A stretch of DNA of 64,000 nucleotides from Chlamydiota bacterium (GCA_016866475.1 VGMF01000001.1:332481-396480), one strand, 5' to 3'; counted from the stretch's first letter, positions 39,496 to 49,534 are shown. The notes: generated by a model from the letters alone, not told the origin. Translations and numbers: made by a program.

Positions 39496-40761
39496 TTATT
39501 TACCCTCATACTTTTTAAAAACCAACGAGACATTGTGCCCACCAAATCCAAAAGAATTTTTCATCACCGCATGCATCTCTTTTTGAGCTGCTAAATTTGC
39601 AGTCAGATCAAAATCTTTAGCCTCATCAATAGGGGCATCTAAATTGATTGTCGGTGGGATTCTCCCCGAATTGAGAGCCATAATCGCTAAGATGGACTCA
39701 AACGCCCCTGAAGCCCCCAAGCTGTGTCCATGCATCGATTTTGTCGCACTTACATTCAAAGTGTTTTCACAGCCCTTGAATACGGTTGCTATGGCAAGCA
39801 TCTCGCTGATATCGCCCTGAAATGTGGATGTCGCATGGGCATTTATGTAACCGATCTCTTGAGGTTTCATCGAGGCATCCTCTAAAGCCAGTTGCATCGC
39901 ACGGATCGCACTTGAGGCTTTGAGATCAGGTAGAACAACATCGAAAGCATCACAAGTTGTTGCTCCCCCAGCGAATTCGGCAAGAATTTTCGCCCCCCTT
40001 TTCACCGCATGTTCGTAAGACTCCAAGACTAAAACAGCAGCGCCCGAACTCATGACAAACCCCGACCGCTCTTTGTCGAAGGGGCGGGAGGCGCCGGCAG
40101 GGTCCCCATTCCAGTGAGACAGAGCTCTGCAGGCAAAAAAACCTAAATAACCAGGGATTCCCATCGCAGCTTCAGTGCCTCCAGCCAAAATAAAATCGGC
40201 TTTTCCCCATTCAATTTGCTCTTTGGCTGCAAGCAAAGCGTTGCTGGACGTTGCACACGCTGTCGAAATATCGAAGCAGGGCCCTTTTAAACCGTACTCG
40301 ATCGCAACTCTAGCTCCGGCCATGTTTACTATCGAGTGGGCTATAAAGAAAGGACTTACTTTATTGTAGCCGTCAATCGTTGCATACATGTTATTTTCAA
40401 TCGTCGTTAGCCCCCCCATCCCGGAACCGATTAGAACCCCACCGCGTGTTTTATCAATCCCCTCCTCAAAAGGGAATAATGAGGCGTTTTCTAAAGCGAT
40501 CTGCGATGCAATCAGAGCGTACTTCATGAAGGGATCCAGTCTGCGGATCTCTTTTTTTTCTACCTGGGGCAAATACTGCTCAATCGGGACGTCAACAGGC
40601 GGAGCGCCGAAAGTGCGTTTAAAAGGTTTTTCCGGGGGAAAAATCTGGAGCTCTTGAATCGCACTCACCCCTTGCAGTATCTGCTCAAACACCTCTTCGG
40701 TATTACAGCCGTAAGGGGAGACCGTCCCCATCCCGGTAATGACAACCCTTTTTTTGTTCAC
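39496..40761 (-). CDS. fabF: 3-oxoacyl-ACP synthase II
   Basis: The active-site blocks are TACATSSNAL (Cys), NAHATSTFQGD (His) and HGHSLGASG (His). The GTG start overlaps the rsfS stop (GTGA). Confidence 0.9.
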   Translation of the reverse strand: MNKKRVVITGMGTVSPYGCNTEEVFEQILQGVSAIQELQIFPPEKPFKRTFGAPPVDVPIEQYLPQVEKKEIRRLDPFMKYALIASQIALENASLFPFEEGIDKTRGGVLIGSGMGGLTTIENNMYATIDGYNKVSPFFIAHSIVNMAGARVAIEYGLKGPCFDISTACATSSNALLAAKEQIEWGKADFILAGGTEAAMGIPGYLGFFACRALSHWNGDPAGASRPFDKERSGFVMSSGAAVLVLESYEHAVKRGAKILAEFAGGATTCDAFDVVLPDLKASSAIRAMQLALEDASMKPQEIGYINAHATSTFQGDISEMLAIATVFKGCENTLNVSATKSMHGHSLGASGAFESILAIMALNSGRIPPTINLDAPIDEAKDFDLTANLAAQKEMHAVMKNSFGFGGHNVSLVFKKYEGK

Positions 40762-41108
40762 TTGACCTCGATTTTTAAATCTACGATCTTACCGCCTCTC
40801 CAAAGGGATTCAAGATCATAGAACTCTCTTGTGTCTGCCAACAGAAGATGGACAATCAGCCCGACAAAATCTAATACGATCCATCTCCCCTCCTCGTATC
40901 CCTCGGAGTAGACCGGTTTTTCTTTCAGTCCACGCATCCGGCCCTCTACATCCCGAGCAATCGCCTTTACATGTTTGTCCACATTTCCGGTCGCTATTAT
41001 GACATAATCGGAGATCCCCGAAACGGATTTCACATCGAAACAGAGAATGTCGGTCCCTTTTTTATCGTAAATTGCTTGAGCTACTTGCCGCAGTTTTTCT
41101 TGATCCAT
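40758..41108 (-). CDS. rsfS: ribosome silencing factor RsfS (iojap family)
   Basis: The 116-aa ORF carries the ISDYVIIATGNVDKHVKAIARDV block typical of the family. Confidence 0.85.
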   Translation of the reverse strand: MDQEKLRQVAQAIYDKKGTDILCFDVKSVSGISDYVIIATGNVDKHVKAIARDVEGRMRGLKEKPVYSEGYEEGRWIVLDFVGLIVHLLLADTREFYDLESLWRGGKIVDLKIEVK

Positions 41109-41354
41109 ATGGCCATAGACTATACATACTTTAAGTTAAATCCGTCTATAGAGGCGTAAAAAAAAATGCATTTTTTTAAAATGTGTCTGAAGAGATTTTT
41201 TTTGAGCTGAATATCTCTTTAGTGGGCGGCCCGCTTTTAAAGGGGCAACCACACCTATTAGAGAGGCTTTAAGGGAATTTTTTTTTGCCCGGATCGAAAA
41301 AAAAACCCCGATTGGCCATAGGTAATGGGGGCATTAATAAATTTTATGAAAAAA

Positions 41355-42302
41355 TCAACCAGGGTGTACTGTCCTGCCCAGGTCAGCAAGGCAAAGATCG
41401 ATGAAAGCTTCGGAAGAAATTGTTTCCAGGTCAATATGTTCGAAAATATCCATCCGTTTGAACCAGGTAAACTGCCTTTTTGCATAGTTGCGATTTGCCT
41501 GCTGCAGTTCCTCCAGCATCCGTTCATAGGAAACTTCCCCTTTAAGATATTTTAGAGGCTGTTGGTATGCGATCGCCTTTTTAGCGTTAAGATTCATCTC
41601 CAGCCCCATCCCTAATAGAGATTCCACCTCTTTAAGAAGACCGTTTTCGCACATGAGTTTTGCTCTGCGATTTAGGCGCTCGTATAAAACGGGGCGGGGC
41701 CTGTAAATAAAATAGGCTTTTGGATTGAGAAGTGCGCAATATTTCGGCTTGAATTTTTGTTTGAAATCGGAAACTTTTTTTTGCGTAGCAATCAGGATCT
41801 CGTTTCCCCTGATAATTTTATGACGGTCGTTTATAGTGATTGTTTTGGCATATTCGGGGTCTTTTTTTTCCAATAGAGCATACAGCTCGCTTGTAGAAAG
41901 GACCTCAAGTCTTGTGCGCACCGAAGGATTTGCCGGAGGCGTCGCCGGCACTCCCTCTAAAAGAGCCTGAAAATAGAGTCCTGTGCCACCGGCAAAAATA
42001 GGAAACACTCCCCTTTTTTCCATGTCTTCTAAAATATTTTCTACATGCGCCAAAAATTCTGCCACATTGAAAGGGGTGGTAACGGAGTGTACATCCAGAA
42101 GGTGATGGGTGATACCTCCCATCTCTTCTTTTGTCGGTTTGGCGGTGCCGATATCCATCCCTTTGTAAACTTGCGCAGAGTCGACCGTAATGACCTCTCC
42201 GTTCAGCCTTTTTGCCAATTCTATGGCAAGTAAGGTCTTTCCGGCCGCAGTGGGGCCCGCAAGGAAAAGGGCGTTATAGGGATATGTATTTTTTGAGTTC
42301 AC
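41355..42302 (-). CDS. miaA: tRNA dimethylallyltransferase
   Basis: Contains the LAGPTAAGKT P-loop, DSAQVYKGMDIGTAKP and the RQFTWF block. Confidence 0.9.
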   Translation of the reverse strand: MNSKNTYPYNALFLAGPTAAGKTLLAIELAKRLNGEVITVDSAQVYKGMDIGTAKPTKEEMGGITHHLLDVHSVTTPFNVAEFLAHVENILEDMEKRGVFPIFAGGTGLYFQALLEGVPATPPANPSVRTRLEVLSTSELYALLEKKDPEYAKTITINDRHKIIRGNEILIATQKKVSDFKQKFKPKYCALLNPKAYFIYRPRPVLYERLNRRAKLMCENGLLKEVESLLGMGLEMNLNAKKAIAYQQPLKYLKGEVSYERMLEELQQANRNYAKRQFTWFKRMDIFEHIDLETISSEAFIDLCLADLGRTVHPG

Positions 42303-42597
42303 TTTTTGAAGGAGATATCTTTAAAACTTTGTCAAGACCTGCATAATGCAATATGTACTTCAGGTCGTCCGATGGAGACAATAGTACCAGTTTTGTTTTT
42401 TTTGTGTAACTGATCAAGATTCTTAGACCGGCACTACTTATGTATTCCAGCTGAGAGCAATCCAAAACGACAGCGCTACGGTTTTCACCTAGGCACTTTT
42501 TGAGCTCCTCTTCAAGGTAGGCCGCATTCGCAAAGTCTACTCTCCCAATTATTTCGAGAAAGGAAACTCCGTTTTCGTCAAAACGATTGATGCTCAT
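42274..42597 (-). CDS. rsbV: STAS-domain anti-sigma-factor antagonist (RsbV-like)
   Basis: The 107-aa ORF has LEYISSAGLRIL, which contains the phosphorylatable Ser context. It overlaps the miaA start by 29 nt. Confidence 0.7.
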   Translation of the reverse strand: MSINRFDENGVSFLEIIGRVDFANAAYLEEELKKCLGENRSAVVLDCSQLEYISSAGLRILISYTKKTKLVLLSPSDDLKYILHYAGLDKVLKISPSKSELKKYISL

Positions 42598-42725
42598 TAT
42601 TCTCTCCGTTCTATAATCAAAATCTTAAAAAACTCATTTTAAAGCAAGGAGAACGCCAGAACTTTTTTTTATCGGTTATTTATAAGATATTAAAACGTTG
42701 AGCTTGTAAGATTTAGAACAATCAC

Positions 42726-43544
42726 TTAAACCTTCCTACTATTTTTTTCATGATGTTTTGCCTGCCATAAAGGATAGTCGAAAACAGGAAGATCTTTTTT
42801 CGCATCGTTTTCAACGGTCTGAAGAAATCCTAAGCCCTCCCTCCTTAAATCTAATTTAACAACCTTGTCCATCCCAACAATAGGTACCGATTTTAAAAAA
42901 GCCTGCAGCTCTTTCAATCCAGATTCTAGATGGTCAGGATTGAGCCTCACAAGAAGGATTTTTCCGGATTTTAAAGGGTTTCTTTCCTGTCGAAAACCCA
43001 AATTAATCGTTCTAAATGGGGGGAGAGCACCGGCATGGGAAAAATCGATCCAATTCAGCCTTTCATAGAAAGTTTTTTTTATGAAAACTAATTTTTCAAA
43101 AATGGATCCCTCAAGTTTTGTTCCAAGTCTTAACCCCCTTTTTCCCAGAAAAACTCTCGGGACATTTTTTGGTGATTGGAAGGGATGCAAAATGATCAGT
43201 ACTCCCGCAGGGTCCAGCCCTAAGTTGTGGTAATCCTCTACAACAAATGCCACTTCTCTGAGCCCATAGTTTGTATAAATGGACGAAGGTGGATACTGAG
43301 ATGTGGTCAAATGGCTAAAAACAGGGTGCAGGTCCGTTTGTTTAATTTGGATTTTAAAATAATTGGCGTAATCCTCCCCCTTTAGATACCGTAAAAACCA
43401 GCGCGGATCGGTCAAGTCGGGCTGAGAGGTGGAAAATAGGATGGAATCGACCTCTCTTTCTACGGGCTGCAGTTTCACACCGAGATAAAAGCCGAACGAA
43501 CAAACAATCAAAATCCCCCCCAAAACAAAAAAAAGGGGTTTCAT
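42726..43544 (-). CDS. FtsQ-like division protein candidate (single N-terminal TM + POTRA-like region)
   Basis: It occupies the ftsQ slot after murC. It has a TM segment (KPLFFVLGGILIVCSFGFYLGV) and the segment SSIYTNYGLREVAFVVEDYHNLGLDPAGVLI, which resembles the FtsQ POTRA end. The ATG at 43544 overlaps the murC stop (ATGA). Confidence 0.45.
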   Translation of the reverse strand: MKPLFFVLGGILIVCSFGFYLGVKLQPVEREVDSILFSTSQPDLTDPRWFLRYLKGEDYANYFKIQIKQTDLHPVFSHLTTSQYPPSSIYTNYGLREVAFVVEDYHNLGLDPAGVLIILHPFQSPKNVPRVFLGKRGLRLGTKLEGSIFEKLVFIKKTFYERLNWIDFSHAGALPPFRTINLGFRQERNPLKSGKILLVRLNPDHLESGLKELQAFLKSVPIVGMDKVVKLDLRREGLGFLQTVENDAKKDLPVFDYPLWQAKHHEKNSRKV

Positions 43545-44836
43545 TCCAAACATTCCCTGCAAATTCGGTCTATATTGCCTGCACCGATAAACAGTAGGCA
43601 CCCCTCTTCGCCAGAGAGATCTGCCATTTTAAGTTTCAACATCGAGGGAGTTGTTACATCGATACCCAGCGTTTCTGCCAATCTCTTAGACGCACCCAAA
43701 GAATCGTATTCTTCCATCGCTGCATAGGTATCCAAAAGAATCACCTTATCAGGCTTTTTCAATACACGAACGAAATCTTCAAAAAAATTTCTGGTTCTTG
43801 AGTATTTGTGTGGTTCAAAAACAACTATCAAAGGGGTCCTATACTGCTTGCGGATTGCCTCGAATGTCACCTCGAGCTCTCTGGGATGGTGTCCGTAATC
43901 CAGAAATACTTCAAGGGCGCCAATCTTCTTTACCCTCTCGCATCTACGCATAACACCTTTAAAGGTTTGAAAGGCTTCAACGATTTGTTTTGAAGGGACT
44001 TGAAGCGCTTTTGCCAACCCATACACACCCAAGGCGTTTTTCACCTGGTGCTCCCCCATCAACGGGATGTAGACATTTTTCAACAATGTGTTGTCCCTGG
44101 TATCGACGAGATCAAATAAGGATCCCTCCTTAAAGACACTTAGATTCGTTGCTTGAATCTTCCCCTCGCCTATACCATACGACACCCCGCAGCTTGCTAG
44201 CCCGAGATCTTCGCCGTAAGAGTAAAAAAATAGATTAGGATCCTTTACTGTCTTGATAAAATCTTTGTATCCCTGAAGAAGCGAGGGGTAGTCCTTCCAG
44301 TAATCGAGATGATCGGCATCCACATTTGTAAGTATCGCCCCTTTGGGAGAAATACGCAAAAAGGAACCGTCGCTTTCATCTCCCTCTAAAACAAAGCCCT
44401 TAGAGCCATCCTTGCCGTTTAAGTAATGGGATAAAAGAACGCCACCAACGCTAAATCCAAACTCGGGGTCATAGGCACTCAAAACATGGGCTAAGAGTGC
44501 GGAAGTGGATGTTTTCCCGTGGGCCCCGACAACAGTGTAGATCGGTGTCGCCCCCATAGTTTGAACGCAAAGATCGAGGCGATGCACCTTATGCATAGCT
44601 CCCATCAACTCAGGATGATCCGAGCCGATCCTTGCATGGTAGACTCTCACCGCATCCAAAGGTATCGGATTCTTTTCATGCCCCTCAAAAATTGTCGCGC
44701 CCTGCTCTTTAAGATAGCGGGTCCTTTCATTCAAAGAGAGGTCAGAGCCAGAGACTTCGATCCCCCTCGACAAGAGAATAGTCGCCAAACCACTCATCCC
44801 TATCCCACCTATGCCAATGAAATGATATCGCTCCAC
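43541..44836 (-). CDS. murC: UDP-N-acetylmuramate--L-alanine ligase (stand-alone, no Ddl fusion)
   Basis: Contains GIGGIGMSGLA and GAHGKTSTSAL blocks. The 431-aa length fits MurC alone. Confidence 0.9.
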   Translation of the reverse strand: MERYHFIGIGGIGMSGLATILLSRGIEVSGSDLSLNERTRYLKEQGATIFEGHEKNPIPLDAVRVYHARIGSDHPELMGAMHKVHRLDLCVQTMGATPIYTVVGAHGKTSTSALLAHVLSAYDPEFGFSVGGVLLSHYLNGKDGSKGFVLEGDESDGSFLRISPKGAILTNVDADHLDYWKDYPSLLQGYKDFIKTVKDPNLFFYSYGEDLGLASCGVSYGIGEGKIQATNLSVFKEGSLFDLVDTRDNTLLKNVYIPLMGEHQVKNALGVYGLAKALQVPSKQIVEAFQTFKGVMRRCERVKKIGALEVFLDYGHHPRELEVTFEAIRKQYRTPLIVVFEPHKYSRTRNFFEDFVRVLKKPDKVILLDTYAAMEEYDSLGASKRLAETLGIDVTTPSMLKLKMADLSGEEGCLLFIGAGNIDRICRECLE

Positions 44837-45795
44837 AGCCCCCCTCTTAACCGGACTTTATCCCCCCTCTTTTGACTTTTCAGTGTAAGCAAGGCATCGA
44901 GTATCGTATCAACCTCTTTCTCAGTTTTGATTGTTCCAACACCGCCCTGATCGATAAAATGCAGAGCATTATTTTTTTGATGCTGATAAGCTCCCTCGAA
45001 AGGGACAATCAAAGCAGGGACTTGGTAAAATAACAGCTCCTTGAGGGTACTAGCCCCGGCTCTTGTCAAAGCCACATCCGCTATTTGCATCGCATCATGC
45101 AAGGTATTGATAAAAGTCTCTACGTACGCTGTGATATGTTTTTCTTTATACCTCTTTTTGAAGGGCTTTGGATCATTTTTAGGGCCAACCAAATGGATCA
45201 CATCAAACAGATCCAGCCAATCTACATTTTTATAAGCCCACCCATTTAGAAATTCGGACCCTGAGGATCCCCCTATGATCAACAAGACCGGTTTTTTTTG
45301 AGCTAGACCAAAAGAGGAGAATAGTGAAGAACGCTCTTTTATTTCTAGCTCGGGTCTCATTAAAAAGCCTCTATTCGGAAATTTTTTGAACAGCATTTCG
45401 TCGTAACAAAGAATTTTATGCGCAAAAAATGAGAAGAATCGGTTTACCTTTCCCATATTCGCGTTCGGCTCAAACACCCAGATCGGTTTTCCTAAAATTA
45501 GCGCCGCAATGCCGGCGGGAAAACTGTGGTAACTCCCAAAAACAATCACGAATTGGGGGTCTTTTTTTTGAAAAGCCCTAAACGCCTGCCAACAGCTTTT
45601 CAATAATTTTGTAAACCGTCTCCCTCCATCCAAAGAGATAATCTCGCAAATTGTTTGTTTCAAAAATGGGGAGGCATCCAAGCCGATTCCGATGAAGAAA
45701 AAATGGTCTTTGGACGTTCTCAAAGCTTGCAGAGCGGGAAAAAGATGCCCGTAAGTACCGCCTACGCTAAGTGCAATTTGTTGTCGCCACGACAT
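44809..45795 (-). CDS. murG: undecaprenyl-PP-MurNAc-pentapeptide GlcNAc transferase
   Basis: Contains GGTYGHLFPA (G-loop) and the C-terminal TRAGASTLKELLFYQVPALIVP block. Confidence 0.85.
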   Translation of the reverse strand: MSWRQQIALSVGGTYGHLFPALQALRTSKDHFFFIGIGLDASPFLKQTICEIISLDGGRRFTKLLKSCWQAFRAFQKKDPQFVIVFGSYHSFPAGIAALILGKPIWVFEPNANMGKVNRFFSFFAHKILCYDEMLFKKFPNRGFLMRPELEIKERSSLFSSFGLAQKKPVLLIIGGSSGSEFLNGWAYKNVDWLDLFDVIHLVGPKNDPKPFKKRYKEKHITAYVETFINTLHDAMQIADVALTRAGASTLKELLFYQVPALIVPFEGAYQHQKNNALHFIDQGGVGTIKTEKEVDTILDALLTLKSQKRGDKVRLRGGLWSDIISLA

Positions 45796-46874
45796 CTGAC
45801 CTCTTCAATTTGTATTAAAAGACAAATGAGTATGGCATTGGCTATCAAGGAAGATCCCCCCTGGCTCATCAAGGGAAGGCTTGTCCCTTTGCTCGGCAGC
45901 AGGCCCGATACAATGCCCATATTCAAAAAAGCCTGGATTGCAAATACATAACTTAAAGAGGAGGCGAGTAGGAAGCTCCCCTTATCGACAGTTCTCATTG
46001 CAACAATAAACCCCAAAATAACGATCCACATGTATATAAAAATAAGAGCTACGATCCCGATCAGACCGAATTCCTCTGCAAAAATCGCCAATATATAGTC
46101 GCTACGGGCCTCTGGCAAATAATTGTATTTTTGTAAACTTTGCCCGAGCCCTTTTCCATGCAAACCTCCGGAGCCTGCAGCAATTTTCGCCTGATAAGGT
46201 TGGTGACCTTTGCCAAGAATATCGGTCTCCGGATCCAAGTAGACCTGTATCCTGTTTTGTACGTGGGGCATCTTTGAGGCTATGATACCCGCAAAAGAAA
46301 TGAATATCATGATGGGTAATAGCCAGAATTTGAAAGGGACCCTTGATAAAAAAAGCAAAACAATGATTGTCGAGGTCAAAATAAGGGCTGTTCCATTATC
46401 GGGCTCTATCAATATACACAACACCGGGAAGGCCAATATTAAAAGGACTTCCATAAATCGCTTAAACGAATTGAAGTCCTTTTTTTGATTTAGGTACCAA
46501 ACATAAAAAAGGGGGACAAGGATCTTCATGATCTCTGATGGCTGAAATGTCAAACCAAATAGTTTGATCCACCTTTTTGCGCCATTGATCGTGCATCCGA
46601 TTTTGGGGATAAAAACCAAAAGGAGCATCACACAGAATATACCAAAAATAACAGGTGCATATTCGATCCACTTCTTATGGCCTACATGAAAGACAATAAA
46701 CCCGACGAAGCAACCCAAAATACCGTAGGCACCCTGTTTTAAAAGAGAATCGATCAAACCAAACTCGTGCATTCGGTCCAGGAGCTCTCCGGAAGTGGTA
46801 TTGTACACCATGATCAACCCCAGGGAGAAGACACTCAAAGATAAGATTAGCAAAAGTCGAGATACAATGCTCAT
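45762..46874 (-). CDS. ftsW: SEDS-family peptidoglycan glycosyltransferase (FtsW/RodA)
   Basis: The polytopic protein carries LPEARSDYILAIFAEEFGLIG and SQGGSSL blocks and lies in the dcw position. Its ATG overlaps the stop of the upstream LysM gene (ATGA). Confidence 0.85.
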   Translation of the reverse strand: MSIVSRLLLILSLSVFSLGLIMVYNTTSGELLDRMHEFGLIDSLLKQGAYGILGCFVGFIVFHVGHKKWIEYAPVIFGIFCVMLLLVFIPKIGCTINGAKRWIKLFGLTFQPSEIMKILVPLFYVWYLNQKKDFNSFKRFMEVLLILAFPVLCILIEPDNGTALILTSTIIVLLFLSRVPFKFWLLPIMIFISFAGIIASKMPHVQNRIQVYLDPETDILGKGHQPYQAKIAAGSGGLHGKGLGQSLQKYNYLPEARSDYILAIFAEEFGLIGIVALIFIYMWIVILGFIVAMRTVDKGSFLLASSLSYVFAIQAFLNMGIVSGLLPSKGTSLPLMSQGGSSLIANAILICLLIQIEEVRCRGDNKLHLA

Positions 46875-47482
46875 TGGATTCTCAGCTGGTCCCCCGGTTT
46901 TAATCTTTTCGCCTTTTCCTCATCTAGGTTATTCAAACGCAAAAGTTCGTCTACTTTCATGTGATTTTTCATAGCAATCGTCCAAGGATTGTCTCCATGC
47001 CGGACGGTATAGTATTTTTCCTGACCTTTTTTAGTAGATTTCCCTAGCTTCAAAACCTGTCCTATTTGGAGTCTTGAATCGATCAGATGGTTTGTACGCA
47101 TAATCTCTTCAACACTCAAACCGTAGCTACGGGCAATTTTATCGAGAGTGTCACCGGCGCGTACGATAATATCTGCGGGGACTGTTTTCTCCATTTCTAT
47201 CGGAGGCTCTTCTGATTTTAAAGTCTCCTCTTTCGGCTTTTGAGCCTTTTCCTGGTTAGCTTTTTCCTCAAATAGGTGGGTTTGGGTAAGCTTTTTGAGG
47301 AGCTGGTCCACCTCATCCACTACCTCTTTTTTAGAGGGGTCTGTTTTAGCGGAGGTTTGCGCCAAAACCTCTTCTTTGGGCGCCATTTTCACCGGTTCCG
47401 ATTGCCGGCCGGTAAAAAAAATAAAAAACAACAGGATGCAATTCATCAAAACTGTGACTAAGATAGCATCTTTTTTTCCCAT
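46871..47482 (-). CDS. membrane-anchored protein with two LysM domains
   Basis: It has an N-terminal TM segment (AILVTVLMNCILLFFIFF) and a Lys/Glu-rich linker. The two LysM-like repeats are IIVRAGDTLDKIARSYGLSVEEIMRTNHL...GQVLKL and YTVRHGDNPWTIAMKNHMKVDELLRLNNL...GDQLRI. Confidence 0.7.
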   Translation of the reverse strand: MGKKDAILVTVLMNCILLFFIFFTGRQSEPVKMAPKEEVLAQTSAKTDPSKKEVVDEVDQLLKKLTQTHLFEEKANQEKAQKPKEETLKSEEPPIEMEKTVPADIIVRAGDTLDKIARSYGLSVEEIMRTNHLIDSRLQIGQVLKLGKSTKKGQEKYYTVRHGDNPWTIAMKNHMKVDELLRLNNLDEEKAKRLKPGDQLRIQ

Positions 47483-48552
47483 TCTATCCTCTGTTTAAAT
47501 GCCTCCCCTCGATATGCATAGGAGAGAAATTGATCATAGCTCGAAAAACCGGGAGACAGCAATAAATTCCCCTCCCCTTTCAAGCCCTCTTCTACAGCCT
47601 TCTCCAAAGTTTTACACAGAACAACCTCAAAAGAGCCCCCAAAGACCTGGTGGATCTCGTCCATCGTCTCCCCGATCGCTAAAATCCGTTTGAGTGAGGC
47701 TCCTGAAAATTGATCCTTATAGATCTGTAAATCTTCCCCTTTTGACCGACCGCCCATGATGAGCTGAATGGGCCCCTCTACTTTATTTAGCGCGTATACT
47801 GTTGAACTGATTGTAGTAGACTTGGAATCATTGTAAATTTTTTTTCCGAAAAAGTCTCCAAGATATTCTAATCGGTGCGGCAAACTTTCAAAAGTAGATA
47901 ACCTGTCGATGAAAGTACTTTTGGGAATAGAAAATTTTCGGGCTAACCAATCCAGAATCCTATCGAATGGAACATTAGGCCCTAAGGATTCTCCGTCCGG
48001 TTTCACAAGTGAAAAAATACGCATTTTTGCCTCGCGATACCTCTCCATGGTACCGTAACGATCTAGATGGTTAGGCTGTATGTTCAAAATAACCCCTAAA
48101 TCCAAAACTTTTTGGTGTGTAGTCTCCAGCTGCTGGGCACTCAGTTCTATCACAATAGCTTCCCAGTCCTTAAAATCCTCGGAGCTCAAAGGGATTTCTA
48201 TATTTCCAAGCGCCTTTGCTTTAATTCCCGCACTCAAGAGGATATGCTCAATTTGCTTGACACAAGTAGATTTCCCATTAGAACCGGTAATACCGATCAA
48301 AACCCCGTTAGCCATTTTTTCTAGCGCTAGGTCCACTTCGGACTGTACCAAGATTCCCCTTTTGAGAGCCTCGACGATCAATGGATGCTCCATAGCAAAA
48401 CCGGGGGAGACTACAACGCGGGCAACTTTTGAAAAATCTACAGGCGTCGGGGATCGATCATCGTATGTAAAAGGGACAATCCCCTCCCTCAAAAAAAGGC
48501 GAAAAGCCGATTTGCCGCTCCTTTTGAGCCCTAATATCAACGGTCTAAGCAT
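47458..48552 (-). CDS. murD: UDP-N-acetylmuramoylalanine--D-glutamate ligase (short form)
   Basis: Contains the GITGSNGKST P-loop and HRLE block and lies in the dcw position. At 364 aa it is shorter than the roughly 440 aa typical of this enzyme. Confidence 0.8.
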   Translation of the reverse strand: MLRPLILGLKRSGKSAFRLFLREGIVPFTYDDRSPTPVDFSKVARVVVSPGFAMEHPLIVEALKRGILVQSEVDLALEKMANGVLIGITGSNGKSTCVKQIEHILLSAGIKAKALGNIEIPLSSEDFKDWEAIVIELSAQQLETTHQKVLDLGVILNIQPNHLDRYGTMERYREAKMRIFSLVKPDGESLGPNVPFDRILDWLARKFSIPKSTFIDRLSTFESLPHRLEYLGDFFGKKIYNDSKSTTISSTVYALNKVEGPIQLIMGGRSKGEDLQIYKDQFSGASLKRILAIGETMDEIHQVFGGSFEVVLCKTLEKAVEEGLKGEGNLLLSPGFSSYDQFLSYAYRGEAFKQRIEWEKKMLS

Positions 48553-49534
48553 ACGTTCTTGCTAAAAAATAGATAAAAATTCCTAAAAAAGCACACAAAG
48601 TCTGCGCTAGGGCAAACCTGTAGACAATCTTGTTTTCGCTCCAGCCTTTAAACTGGTAATGGTGGTGCAAAGGAGCGCAGTGAAAAATACGGGTTTTTGT
48701 CCTCTTAAAGTAGTAGACTTGAAGAATGACCGAGAGTACTTCCACAACAAATATCCCGCCATAAAATACCAAAAGTATCTCTTGGTTCAAATAAATTGCA
48801 AAAGCTGCAATCAGCCCCCCAAGCGGCAGCGAACCGACATCCCCCATAAAAATTTGAGCCGGCTTTTTGTTAAAAATAGTGAACCCCAAAATAGAACCAA
48901 ACAATAAGCAGATCATAAACGTCAGGAAAATCTCACCCCGGATTAAACCGGCTAACCCCAAAAAAAATAGGGTGATCAGACTCAATGACCCGGCAAGACC
49001 ATCCATCCCGTCAGCCAAATTTACCGCATTTGAAGTACCAACTAAAATAAAAGCCAAAAACAGAATGAGAACTACCCCACCTAAACTAAACGTCGGAAAC
49101 GAAAGGCTGGCAATAAACGGGATCTCCAGGAGATAGGATCCCTTTGCAAGGGATATGAGGGTAATAAAAAGGGCGGATCCGAAAAGCTGTCCCCCGAATT
49201 TGGCTCTTGCCGATATCCCCTTTGAGAGGGTAAAAATCTTATACAGGTCATCTGCTAATCCGACAGTAAAAAATGCACCGGCAAGTGTCAAAAGCTGGTA
49301 GTATTCATAGGGCAGCGTTTGAAAGAACAAAGGGGCTAAAAGGAACGGAATCATGACAAAAGGGATTCCCCCAAAAGCGGGAGTCTTCTCTTTGGTCAAT
49401 TTCGTCTCTTGGTCGATGATATGGTCCACGTGCCCTCGCGAGCTTAAGGAGAATTTTTTTATAAATCGGATCCAAAAGGGGTACAAGACCAGTGAAATGA
49501 AAAAAGAGGATAAAAAACCGGCCAACGGTATCAT
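48545..49534 (-). CDS. mraY: phospho-N-acetylmuramoyl-pentapeptide transferase
   Basis: Contains the NAVNLADGMDGLAG and HHHYQFKGW blocks. The start is set at ATG 49534 (MIPLAGF), which overlaps the murF stop (ATGA). The TTG at 49573 is the alternative. Confidence 0.85.
   Translation of the reverse strand: MIPLAGFLSSFFISLVLYPFWIRFIKKFSLSSRGHVDHIIDQETKLTKEKTPAFGGIPFVMIPFLLAPLFFQTLPYEYYQLLTLAGAFFTVGLADDLYKIFTLSKGISARAKFGGQLFGSALFITLISLAKGSYLLEIPFIASLSFPTFSLGGVVLILFLAFILVGTSNAVNLADGMDGLAGSLSLITLFFLGLAGLIRGEIFLTFMICLLFGSILGFTIFNKKPAQIFMGDVGSLPLGGLIAAFAIYLNQEILLVFYGGIFVVEVLSVILQVYYFKRTKTRIFHCAPLHHHYQFKGWSENKIVYRFALAQTLCAFLGIFIYFLARTYA

Noticed and set aside
41236-41252. AAAGGGGCAACCACACC resembles the start of the island att core (GGGGCAACCTGG).
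   Set aside because: The identity is limited to 9 nt, with no T-arm or anticodon-like continuation. This is consistent with chance.
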